A stretch of 62,114 nucleotides of DNA, counting the filler, from Babesia bigemina (lineage: Eukaryota), in the NCBI RefSeq assembly GCF_000981445.1. It is 8 parts of 8 records of this genome, joined end to end, with 100 filler letters (N's around TTAATTAATTAA, not from the genome) between each part and the next. Parts side by side here need not be neighbours in the genome. Positions count along the whole stretch, not along the records: positions 1 to 9,569 come from NW_012236970.1; 7 more parts are not named here. One strand, given 5' to 3'. Numbering within the stretch: the first letter of the stretch is position 1; the number at the start of each line of letters is the position of its first letter. Shown in pieces: positions 1 through 9,569 of the stretch. A program made the translations under genes and the position numbers. The notes under the pieces were generated by a model that was not told the DNA's origin, made no database searches, and saw nothing but the letters and a program-made list of their open reading frames with translations.

Positions 1-212
1 CGATGTAGAGTGGGTTAAGGGGCGATGTAGAGTGGGTTAAGGGGCGATGTAGAGTGGATAAAGGGGCGATGTAGAGTGGATTAGGGGCGATGTAGAGTGG
101 GTTAAGGGGCGATGTAGAGTGGATTAGGGGCGATGTAGAGTGGGTTAAGGGGCGATGTGGAGTGGGTAAGGGAGCGATGTAGAGTGGGTTAGGGAGCGAT
201 GTAGAGTGGATA
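1..212 (-). repeat. 22-bp telomere-like satellite (CGATGTAGAGTGGGTTAAGGGG variants)
   Basis: Tandem 21-23 bp units, G-rich on + strand; strand given is cassette polarity. Confidence 0.95.
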
Positions 213-235
213 ATAATCACCACTTAAGTCACCAC

Positions 236-510
236 TGTCATCGCTGCCGTAACCATCAACTGTCATCGCTGCCGTAACCATCAACTGTCATCGCTGCCGT
301 GACCATGTCATCGCTGCCGTGACCATGTCATCGCTGCCGTGTCCATGCCATCGCTGCCGTAACCATGTCATCGCTGCCGTAGCCATGTCATCGCTGCCGT
401 AGCCATGTCATCGCTGCCGTGACCATGTCATCGCTGCCGTGACCATGTCCTTGCTGCCGTGTCCATAACCATGTCATCGCTGCCGTACCATGTCATCGCT
501 GCCGTGACCA
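236..510 (-). repeat. 20-bp tandem repeat (GTCATCGCTGCCGTGACCAT)
   Basis: Tandem units read directly. Confidence 0.95.
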
Positions 511-516
511 TTAACG

Positions 517-825
517 TGGTCACCACTTTGGTCATGGCATTGGTCAGCACTTTGGTCAACACTTAGGTCATGGCATTGGTCACCACTTTGGTCATGGCAT
601 TGGTCAGCACTTTGGTCAACACTTAGGTCATGGCATTGGTCACCACTTTGGTCAGCACGTTGGTCAACACCTTGGTCAGCACATTGGTTAACACGTTGGT
701 CAGCACATTGGTCGTGGCATTGGTCGTGGCATTGGTCAGCACTTTGGTCAGCACATAGGTCGCCACTTTGGTCAGCACATAGGTCAACACCTTGGTCAGG
801 TGCTTGGTCAGCACATTGGTCACCT
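517..825 (-). repeat. 12-bp tandem repeat (TTGGTCAGCACA type)
   Basis: Tandem units; gives spurious VLTN-repeat ORFs. Confidence 0.9.
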
Positions 826-903
826 CGCTGCTCATGTAATTTGCCATCAAGCAACCATTACTGTCTACAACATTATATATAGTCGCCAGTTAGGTTATTG
901 TGA

Positions 904-1392
904 TCAGCTGCGCAGTAGATACCGCACCCTGTGGAACGGGCGGATGCGGAAGTAGACCATGACGCAGATGACGAGGATGATGAGGGCGACGGGGACGATG
1001 ATGATGGGAATGAGGCGGGAAGAGGTAGAGTTCTCATCCGTGTAAGTGTAAGCAAAGGAATGATTCTCCTCGACAATGACATGCTGTACACTGTCGGCTG
1101 AGGTGGATTGCGATGGAACGGAGGCAGAGCGTTTCTTTAGACAACATGTACATTCACATGTCGACTGCTTGCCCCTACATCTGGTGTCACATATTGGCGG
1201 ACTACAATCGTAGTTAAGACGTCCTAATCTGCGCAACTGATAAAAATGGCGACATTCACCGCACCATTTATCACATACATCACAACACCATGGACAGCAA
1301 TTACAGACGTTATACGTTTTACATTCTTTATTACATGTCATACACGGCTTCCCATCATACAACTCCAAACCCGTACTCCCCCCTCTCGACAT
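904..1392 (-). CDS. Small Cys-rich single-pass membrane protein (162 aa), tail type 1 (ICVMVYFRIRPFHRVRYLLRS)
   Basis: ATG in AAGATG context; 18 Cys in N-terminal half incl. CxCCPWCCxxC and CxCxCC; C-terminal TM; paralogs at 51012 and 56263. Confidence 0.8.
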   Translation of the reverse strand: MSRGGSTGLELYDGKPCMTCNKECKTYNVCNCCPWCCDVCDKWCGECRHFYQLRRLGRLNYDCSPPICDTRCRGKQSTCECTCCLKKRSASVPSQSTSADSVQHVIVEENHSFAYTYTDENSTSSRLIPIIIVPVALIILVICVMVYFRIRPFHRVRYLLRS

Positions 1393-1399
1393 CTTCCCT

Positions 1400-2165
1400 T
1401 TCCCCTCCCACTCCCCTCAACCTGCAGACATATCAATCACCTAGCAACGCACTCACCAACTGCAACACGTACCACTGCCGCTCCCACTCCCCTCAACCTG
1501 CTAACATATCAATCACCTAGCAACGCACTCACCAACTACAACACTACCACTGCCGCGCCCAGTCCCCTCAATCTGCAAGCATATCAATCACCTAGCAACG
1601 CACTCACCAATGCAACACGTACCACTGCCCCTCCCACTCCCCTCAACCTGCGAACATCAATCACTCAAGCAGCACTCACCAACTGCAACACGTACCACTG
1701 CCGCTACCAGTCGCCTCAGCCTGCAAGCATATCAATCACCTAGCAAGCACTCACCAACTGCAACACTACCACTGCCGCTACCAGTCCCCTCAACCTGCGA
1801 ACATATCAATCACTTGAGCAACGCACTCACCAACTGCAACACTACCACTGCCGCTACCACTCCCCTCAACCTGCAAACATGTCAATCACCTAGCAACGCA
1901 CTCACCAACTGCAACACTACCACTGCCGCTCCAGTCCCCTCAACCTGCGAACAAATCAATCACCTAGCAACGCACTCACCAACTGCAACACTACCACTGC
2001 CGCTCCCAGTCCCCTCAACCTGCAAACATATCAATCACCTAAGCAGCACTCACCAACTGCAACACGTACACTGCCGCGCCCACTCCTCTCAGCCTGCAAA
2101 CATATCAATCACTCAAGCAGCACTCACCAACTGCAACACGTACCACTGACGCTCCCAGTCCCCTC
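1400..2165 (-). repeat. ~75-bp tandem repeat (~10 units) directly upstream of small Cys-rich gene
   Basis: CTCACCAA recurs every 72-76 bp. Confidence 0.95.
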
Positions 2166-2677
2166 ATCACCACCCACCCTCACCCCTGTATCCCCCAGCC
2201 CAGGCCACCGACACCCACGCTGCCCGGGATACCACGGCTGCCTCTGACGCGACGCATGTGATCAGCAGCAACCGTCACTCTAAATTATTTACTATTCGCG
2301 ACGCCATGAAAATTGCAGCGACCCGTGCGCTCAAATCCCACAGTGCAGCAGCACCGTGCTACGAGCCGCGGTATCGGCGCCATACTGGCGGAGCGTGTCG
2401 GCTACGTGCCTAAATGTGATATTAACGATCGTTACATTGCCGCCTATAAATGCTACTTAACCAGGCCAACTCGGATTGCGCCACCCCGCCAGTGACTCGC
2501 AACACACGACTTAGGTCACTCGCCGCGGCCTTCACGACCGCCTACGTTAGCGACCAATCACCCAGCCTCACGTGACACTGACTCAATGGGCAACGCAGAC
2601 ACCTCTCACAGTCAACGCCTAGCTCAAGGCACCAGGCAATCAACGTGCCACAACACCTACCAAATTACGGTTCATCC
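2165..2677 (-). other. ~500-bp conserved GC-rich non-repetitive element (copy 1 of 4)
   Basis: Clear homologs at 24983, 49816, 55074, always between the 24-bp and 75-bp arrays. Confidence 0.85.
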
Positions 2678-3178
2678 GCCAGCTTACCACGTTGCCTGGG
2701 TGCTAGGTCAGCACGTTGCCTGGTTGCTGGGTTAACACTTTGCCTGGTTGCTAGCTTAGCACTTTGCCTGGTTGCTAGGTTAGCACTTTGCCTGGTTGCT
2801 AGGTTAGCACTTTGCCTGGCTGCTAGCTTACCACTTAGCTTGGTTGCCAGCTCAGCACTTTGCCTGGGTGCTAGCTCAGCACTTTGCCTGGGTGCTAGCT
2901 TAGCACTTTGCCTGGCTGCCAGCTTAGCACTTTGCCTGGTTGCTAGCTCACCACTTTGCCTGGGTGCTAGGTTAACACGTTGCCTGGGTGCTGGGTCAAC
3001 ACTCAGCCTGGTTGCTACCTTACCACTTTGCCTGGTTGCTAGCTTAGCACTTTGCCTGGGTGCTAGCTTAGCACTTTGCCTGAATGCTAGCTTAGCACTT
3101 TGCCTGGGTGCTAGGTTAACACGTAACTTGTGTGCTTGCTTAGCACTTAGCTTGGATGCTAGCTAAGCACTTAGCTTT
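2678..3178 (-). repeat. 24-bp tandem repeat (GCTAGCTTAGCACTTTGCCTGGTT)
   Basis: Tandem units; 8-aa LCLVASLA pseudo-ORF. Confidence 0.95.
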
Positions 3179-3323
3179 GTCTATCAGTCATAACCTAATC
3201 TAGGTGCTATTTAGTTCACAGGTTGCCGCTAGAGTAATTCGAGACATTAGACTACGTTTGTTATTTAGGTGAGTAGGTGATTCGCTAAGTGAGTAGTTAC
3301 GTGAATTACAAATGTGACGATGA

Positions 3324-6300
3324 TCACGGTTGAAGGTACGATATCTTGGCAAGCCTTCCGACTTGCGCAGCAGCCAACAATGACTGCGCCGTTATCCTGT
3401 GCGATGATGGTGATCTCAGGTGTGAGCGGATGTGGAGCACATCCAGTCTGCCAACCATGACGCAGATGAGGTAGAAGAGGGATAGTGACCAGAGCGCGAG
3501 AACCAAGTAGGTGAACGGTTCTCTGATAGTCCAAATGAATATGTCACATTCTTTGAACAGCTTAACAAAATATTCCGATTTCAACACCTTGTCCAGCTGA
3601 GAGCAGAAATCAGAACACTTCTTAGCCGATGCCTCGTTATTTAATGTCGCCGCGTTACCAAAACAGAAACCGAACTGGTACAGTGTTGCGGATACACCCT
3701 TGCACTGAACCATCGATGGACAATTGCAATGAGGCTTGTCAGGTTGATTCTCAACTTTCTCGACGAGGCCATGCTGTCCACGCTTACATTTCTCAGCACG
3801 CAGACACGTATGGCATCCCCAGTCTTGGCAGAAAATGTTCTTGAATGCGTTACACAAATTATTCAGTTGATTCCAGAAATCCCACGGCAGGTAGACAGCC
3901 CATGTAAGGTACGTGGCAAAGTTCTTATGAACAAGGTATTGATACGTGTCCGAACACAGTGTGGATAGGTATGGAGCGCAGCGCATATCCCTGTCGGTGC
4001 AACTTCTAGTCATGCATAGGCTAGATACATCGGCATAGACTTCGAGATGATTTTGATCTTGGTGCTCATGCTGACTGCTGCCATAAGCGTCACGAAGTAC
4101 ATTGGTAAGCTTACCCGTGTCAGTGCAGAGCTTAATGGAGAGCGTCTGAATAGATGCTTCAATCTTAGTTTGTGATACTGGTTTTATACCTGCATCAGTA
4201 ATATAAGATGCAACTTTGACCCACTTATTAACCAAGCTTAACCCGAAACTGAAATGCTCCGGCAGCGTTTTCGGCGGAGTTGGTGACAAGCCAAACAATG
4301 ATGAAACCACGCCACTACCTAAGAATTCGCGAATTATCTCACATAGCTGACGGCCTGTTTTGGTCGACCCGGAGAACGCCCTGAAACCCAGCGGTGTGAC
4401 GCACGGCATTCCCAGCCTGGATGTGGAGGGGCAGGTGGAGCATTTAGATTTGCATCCAACAGACTCCAATCTATGTGGCAGGTAGCCGAGTAGAGAGTCA
4501 CTTAGGTAGTTCATCAATGGCGATGTTGGTTGACAATTTGGTTTGCAATTTGGTTGACAGTTTGGTAGGCACGTTACATCGTCCGTTGGCTTGATGTTGC
4601 AGTGCGATTTGGTCGTAGGTACGTCCCTGCCGTAGTGGCAGTCGGCCCATCCGTAGTTCTTGTCTGCGACACTGCATCGTTCAAACAAATACCTGAGCGG
4701 CTGCAAAATTCTACGGAGGAAGTCAAGCAACATCTGCAAACAATCTTCGCCGGAGCTCGGGTAGTACAGATTCAGCGTGTTATTCGAATAGTCGCAAGCG
4801 TAGAATGTCGCCGCGTCGCCGTGGCCAACAACGGTGGTAAGCAAATCGTACGATTTCGAACAAAGGTATTGCAACACCGTCCGTATGCTCTTATACGTGA
4901 TGGTCTGCGGGTGCGCCTCTAGGTATGACTGCTCGATGTCGAATACGCTGATCTCTCCGTCGCCAGCAAGCGGCGTATCCGGATTATCAAGCACGTTGGT
5001 GAACCCGTCTGATAGCAGCGCCTGGTACGCGGAAGTGTAAGTGAGCCCTGAGAGCCACGCCAGCATCTCGAAAACGGTACATGGCGTTCTAGGTTTGGGG
5101 AGTATAGCGATGTGACATATGGCGTTGTACTGGTCGACGTGATGCAGAATGCATTTGAGAATATCGAAAAGATTAAAAAGGACGTTAGACTTGCGTTTAT
5201 TCGATTCGCACTCCTTAAGATGCTCGTTGTCTTTCGCACCTTCGACCCTAAAGCTAAGTCTGTTCGCGACGTATTCACCGTTTATGACGCTCTTGTTCTG
5301 CAGCTCCCAGTGCTGTTTGTTTTCTGCGGACACCTTAAAGCCGTGCCGTAGGAACAATCCGCCGAGATCAGAGGACGAGTGAATTTGGTGTCCCCTCAGA
5401 CTATTGCAATTTATCCTCAAGTCATGCACAGCATCGTAAATTGTGGAAAAAGCGGTCAAGAATATTTTAGCGCAGCGGTGAGCGTTTTGTGTTAAACCGG
5501 TGCTAAGGGCAGTTTCTGTCCATTGGATGGTCTCACTGTCGTACGCGGAGATGTACGCCTTGTCGAGCTCACCCACCAAACCCTGGAAACCATGGGCAAT
5601 GGTTTCCAGCAGCGGAGTGTTCGGCTCAGAAAATGACTCAGGGTGGAGACCTTGAGCTTCTCCTAAGAGGATGTCGAGCATACTGGGAACACGGTAGTCG
5701 TACCTGTTGTTTTTACGAACATGGTTTAGCAAAATGTTAAGTTCGTTAGTAACGACATCTAGCTTGGATGTGTATAGTTGTCCGTCGCCAGATGGCTTGG
5801 GATTATTTCGCTCTTTGTTTGCTGCGTGAACTCTCTTGATCTCCGCTGTGACGTAGTCGTGGAGTGGCTGCCAGAAAGACTGGAACTTGTTGGCCAGCTT
5901 TTCGAAGTTTTCCTTGTAGTCAGTGGGCTTTTGGGAGAGACGGTCGACAATGTCTTTCAGTTTCTCGATATTATCATAATTTGCTGCTTGACCATTCTGT
6001 CCCTGAAACGCTCCCATGAAACCTTTGAAGCCAGTTGCCAAGTCTTCTTCGATTGCTTCAGGCAATTTATCCAACTGCCCTCTCACCTTGTCGGCGAATT
6101 GTTCCAATAGGTAGTGCATGGTTGTGACGTAATGGGTGTTTGCCTGCTTGGTGAGCTCAGCCATACAATCATTGAGCTGACTGTCGACTATATCTTGGAG
6201 ACTGGAGATAGTTGACGTTTTCAATCGTTCGGCGTGGGTGCTGAAGTTTGTTGCCGCTGATATGCATTCATGTATATTTTTATTTTTCAGAGTTTCCAGA

Positions 6301-8792
6301 TCGTTCTTAATTTTCATGAGTACACCATCGCCAAGGCTTTTCTGGGTGTTCCGACCGATTTTGCTTCTCAGTTCCGACAGCTTCCCTTTGGCGCTTTCTG
6401 AGTTTCCTTCGGCAGCCTTATTCACAATTTCGCACATGGCAGCGAGTTTGGATTTGACATCATCTGCGTGGGATACTATTTGCGTTTTGAGATCTTCTAT
6501 GGATCCTAGGGCATCATCGACTTTTGTTTCAATTTGCTTGATGGCATTGGGAAGGTCGCCTGTCATGCTTTTGATGTCGCTGTGCTTAAGGCTATCTTGA
6601 TTTATTTGTTCTGTGTAATTCGGATATTTGTTTTTCTCAAGATCTGATATTTTATTAACTACAGCACCTCCTTCCGCCAGAATATTTCCGCCAATCTCCG
6701 CTGTCAGTATTGCTTCAATTTTGTTTTTAAATGTGTCTTCATTGATCTCACCCTCTTGGAGTGCATCGTACGCTCTTTTGAAGTTTAACATAAGATCATT
6801 GCCAAGATCGTAATCATTATGAGCACTATGTGAATGTCGATTCTTGAATATTGTTTCGCCTAGATCGGTTTGCAAGGTTTTCAATTTAGTATTAATATCA
6901 TTTCCGAAATCACTAACCAACTTCGCTAGGCCGGCTGCTTTTTGGTCAGCGGCGTAATTAAAATCAGAACTGAAAGATTCTATTCCGTTTTTCATATTTG
7001 CAATCTTCGCATATATTACTTTTGAAACACTGCTAATTTCTTTCTTAAATTGACTTCTAATGGACTCCATAACCGCTTTCAGGACCTCTTCGCTGTGTTT
7101 CGAGACGGCTTCCGCTACTGCGGATATGGCGTTAAGAAGAGACTGGAGATGCGCTTTGGATACAGATTTTGGCGACGGCGTTAGTTTAGATATTAGGCTC
7201 TTCATGTAAGTAGCGTAGCTTTGGAGATTAAGTGCGCTAACTTCTGTAGACATACCATGGAGTTGCTCAATGGCACTGATTTCCGGTACTTCACTTTCGA
7301 TGCTTTCGAGTCCATGAAGCTTACTTTTGAGATCCTTAATAGCGCTATCTGAAATGTCCTTATTGGGACTACCAAGCATGGCAATTCCTTTCGCAATCCC
7401 CTCCATTGCTTTCCTCAGTTTTTTAATGACTTTAGAGTTGAGATTGCCAAAGTAAGCTGTAATAGGAGTAAAAGGATCCGTGCTGTCGCCTATTGCTTTC
7501 AGCAAAGGCGCTGCAACACCGCTGTTTTTGCTATTTTTTATCTTCTCAAATTCCTTAAGTTCCTGCAGTTTTCCCATGTCATCATGTACTTTTTTCATGG
7601 CGCTATCAATGGCGATTTTTGTCGCAGCCAATTGCGCTGAGAAGTTTCTGGAAGTCTCCACTATAGGACTCAATTGAATCTCAATTTTATCCTTCAAAGT
7701 CGTCAAATCTTGTTTCACTTTCCCTTCCAACTTTTCATACGGCGTCTGAATCTCCTCTTTCACATGCTTCAAAATTGCTTTCTGGATTTCTTGCTTGACT
7801 GTATACAAATCCATTTTCAGCGCGTCGTTCATCGCTTTCACCTGCGTCAGCGCCGTTGAAACATTCTCCTGAGCAGCGTTTTTTGCTGCATCTCCGGCCT
7901 CCTGCATACTCATGGCCTGCCCTTTTATATATTCAGCTGCATAATTAATCGATTTTTTTCTTTCTGCTGGATTGACGACTTCCTCTAGTATTTTTTCAAC
8001 CTTCATCATCACGTCACTAACAAATCCATCCGCCTCCCAGGCCCATGTGTCCAATGCCGAGACACCACGCTCCAATTCTTTATAGATGGCTTCCAGCTTC
8101 TCCTTAATTTTCTGAACATCTTCCTTCAGCTTCTTAAAAAGTCCTTCTACCCGCTGAGTAATCTCGCTCTTGAAGCATGACTGAACACCCGCTAGCTTAT
8201 TAACCATCTTCACAATTGCCTCGTAATTCTCCTTTTCCTTCCTGGACAACGCAGTCAACCTGTCGGTCTCGTACTTAACTGTCTCACGAACACTATGCAC
8301 TCTCTCACGTAATTTATGATTAAGATCATTAATTGCGTTCTGTGTTTTTATATTTTTAGGTACACTAAAGTCTAATTTGCCGTTAAATTCATCGGCCTTT
8401 GCGAGACACTGTGTCACTAAGTTGTCGGCCTTGGTCACCTCGGGGTCAGTTTGCTTGGTGTCATCGGAAACCTTGTCAACCTGCATAGCATTAAAACCCA
8501 AACGAAACTTACCGGTTGATTCTTCAGTGAAATATGATAATAATTCTACAACGGGCTTACTGACTCTCTCATTTGAAGACTTGACAAAACCATTGTACTT
8601 TCTCACCCCTGCGACCACACTTCCAATCGCAACATTAAAACCTTTTTTACCGGCGTGTTTATATTGCTTAAGAGCTTCAATTGCAGTGTTTATAGCATCT
8701 TTATGCTGCCCTAAATGGCCTTGGATGTTACTGAGAACGCCACTCAAAAATCCCATCACCCCGTCACACAGCCTATCTAGGTCGGAGTACAC
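3324..8792 (-). CDS. ves: ves/VESA1-like variant surface antigen, copy A (~1820 aa); frame open from 8909, in-frame TAA at 8910-8912 separates it from leader ATG 9035; first downstream ATG 8756
   Basis: GIVYSDLDRLCDGVMGFL hub, long helical region, Cys-rich C-terminus, TM helix, AKISYLQP tail. Confidence 0.85.
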   Translation of the reverse strand: MYSDLDRLCDGVMGFLSGVLSNIQGHLGQHKDAINTAIEALKQYKHAGKKGFNVAIGSVVAGVRKYNGFVKSSNERVSKPVVELLSYFTEESTGKFRLGFNAMQVDKVSDDTKQTDPEVTKADNLVTQCLAKADEFNGKLDFSVPKNIKTQNAINDLNHKLRERVHSVRETVKYETDRLTALSRKEKENYEAIVKMVNKLAGVQSCFKSEITQRVEGLFKKLKEDVQKIKEKLEAIYKELERGVSALDTWAWEADGFVSDVMMKVEKILEEVVNPAERKKSINYAAEYIKGQAMSMQEAGDAAKNAAQENVSTALTQVKAMNDALKMDLYTVKQEIQKAILKHVKEEIQTPYEKLEGKVKQDLTTLKDKIEIQLSPIVETSRNFSAQLAATKIAIDSAMKKVHDDMGKLQELKEFEKIKNSKNSGVAAPLLKAIGDSTDPFTPITAYFGNLNSKVIKKLRKAMEGIAKGIAMLGSPNKDISDSAIKDLKSKLHGLESIESEVPEISAIEQLHGMSTEVSALNLQSYATYMKSLISKLTPSPKSVSKAHLQSLLNAISAVAEAVSKHSEEVLKAVMESIRSQFKKEISSVSKVIYAKIANMKNGIESFSSDFNYAADQKAAGLAKLVSDFGNDINTKLKTLQTDLGETIFKNRHSHSAHNDYDLGNDLMLNFKRAYDALQEGEINEDTFKNKIEAILTAEIGGNILAEGGAVVNKISDLEKNKYPNYTEQINQDSLKHSDIKSMTGDLPNAIKQIETKVDDALGSIEDLKTQIVSHADDVKSKLAAMCEIVNKAAEGNSESAKGKLSELRSKIGRNTQKSLGDGVLMKIKNDLETLKNKNIHECISAATNFSTHAERLKTSTISSLQDIVDSQLNDCMAELTKQANTHYVTTMHYLLEQFADKVRGQLDKLPEAIEEDLATGFKGFMGAFQGQNGQAANYDNIEKLKDIVDRLSQKPTDYKENFEKLANKFQSFWQPLHDYVTAEIKRVHAANKERNNPKPSGDGQLYTSKLDVVTNELNILLNHVRKNNRYDYRVPSMLDILLGEAQGLHPESFSEPNTPLLETIAHGFQGLVGELDKAYISAYDSETIQWTETALSTGLTQNAHRCAKIFLTAFSTIYDAVHDLRINCNSLRGHQIHSSSDLGGLFLRHGFKVSAENKQHWELQNKSVINGEYVANRLSFRVEGAKDNEHLKECESNKRKSNVLFNLFDILKCILHHVDQYNAICHIAILPKPRTPCTVFEMLAWLSGLTYTSAYQALLSDGFTNVLDNPDTPLAGDGEISVFDIEQSYLEAHPQTITYKSIRTVLQYLCSKSYDLLTTVVGHGDAATFYACDYSNNTLNLYYPSSGEDCLQMLLDFLRRILQPLRYLFERCSVADKNYGWADCHYGRDVPTTKSHCNIKPTDDVTCLPNCQPNCKPNCQPTSPLMNYLSDSLLGYLPHRLESVGCKSKCSTCPSTSRLGMPCVTPLGFRAFSGSTKTGRQLCEIIREFLGSGVVSSLFGLSPTPPKTLPEHFSFGLSLVNKWVKVASYITDAGIKPVSQTKIEASIQTLSIKLCTDTGKLTNVLRDAYGSSQHEHQDQNHLEVYADVSSLCMTRSCTDRDMRCAPYLSTLCSDTYQYLVHKNFATYLTWAVYLPWDFWNQLNNLCNAFKNIFCQDWGCHTCLRAEKCKRGQHGLVEKVENQPDKPHCNCPSMVQCKGVSATLYQFGFCFGNAATLNNEASAKKCSDFCSQLDKVLKSEYFVKLFKECDIFIWTIREPFTYLVLALWSLSLFYLICVMVGRLDVLHIRSHLRSPSSHRITAQSLLAAAQVGRLAKISYLQP

Positions 8793-8959
8793 TATCCCAG
8801 TGCCGTTGTAGCCTTTGGAGTCATTGTTGAAGCCGAGAAAGGTCTCGAGGCCAGAGCAGAGGTTAGTAAGAATGTTAATAGGGTTGTTAGTTGAGGTTAT
8901 TTTAAGGTTTTAAATTTTGTCAAATTTCTTGTCAAGCTCCCTAGGCGGCACATGGTCAG

Positions 8960-9062
8960 GGCAGTGGCAAGAGGTAGAAGAGGGGAAGGGAAGGGTGACA
9001 AGGCACAAGTTAGTAGGATGGTTTAAAGAGGTCATAGCGGTATTATGGCGAGGTAATTCGAG
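8960..9062 (-). promoter_or_regulatory. Conserved ves 5' leader (GAATTACCTCGCCATAATACCGCTATGACCTC...AACTTGTGCCTTGTCACCCTT)
   Basis: Same sequence joins the 22-bp array to 7 of 8 visible ves 5' ends; function inferred. Confidence 0.6.
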
Positions 9063-9569
9063 GGATGTAGAGTGGACAAAGGGGCGATGTAGAGTGGATA
9101 GAGGGGCGATGTAGAGTGGATAAGGGGCGATGTAGAGTGGATAAAGGAGCGATGTAGAGTGGGTAAAGGGGCGATGTAGAGTGGGTTAAGGGGCGATGTA
9201 GAGTGGGTTAGGGAGCGATGTGGAGTGGGTTAAGGGAGCGATGTGGAGTGGATTAAGGGGCGATGTGGAGTGGATAAAGGGGCGATGTAGGGTGGATAGA
9301 GGAGCGATGTAGAGTGGACTAAGGAGCGATGTGGAGTGGATAAAGGGGCGATGTAGAGTGGGTTAAGGGGCGATGTAGAGTGGGTTAGGGAGCGATGTAG
9401 AGTGGGTAGAGGAGCGATGTAGAGTGGGTTAAGGGGCGATGTAGAGTGGGTAAAGGGGCGATGTAGAGTGGGTTAGGGAGCGATGTAGAGTGGGTAAAGG
9501 GCGATGTAGAGTGGGTAAAGGGCGATGTAGAGTGGGTAAAGGGGCGATGTAGAGTGGGTAAAGGGGCGA
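9063..9569 (-). repeat. 22-bp telomere-like satellite
   Basis: Tandem units running into gap. Confidence 0.95.

Noticed and set aside
474..854. ORFs in the 12-, 20-, 22-, 24- and 75-bp arrays (VLTN, GQHL, LCLVASLA, HSTSPL, PLNLQTYQSP repeats)
   Set aside because: Stop-free by virtue of repeat composition; starts, lengths and frames are not conserved between copies.
1400..2165. CRISPR-like periodicity of the 75-bp and other arrays
   Set aside because: No unique spacers, no cas genes, eukaryotic context; whole units are repeated.
2313..2495. 60-85 aa ORF (PTVQQHRATSRGIGA...) in all four copies of the 500-bp element
   Set aside because: Starts and stops differ through indels, most starts are non-ATG, and many substitutions change amino acids. 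This is better explained by DNA-level conservation.
3265..8811. Many short antisense or off-frame ORFs inside ves genes
   Set aside because: Shadows of the long ORFs; the duplicates simply reflect the A/D shared tract.
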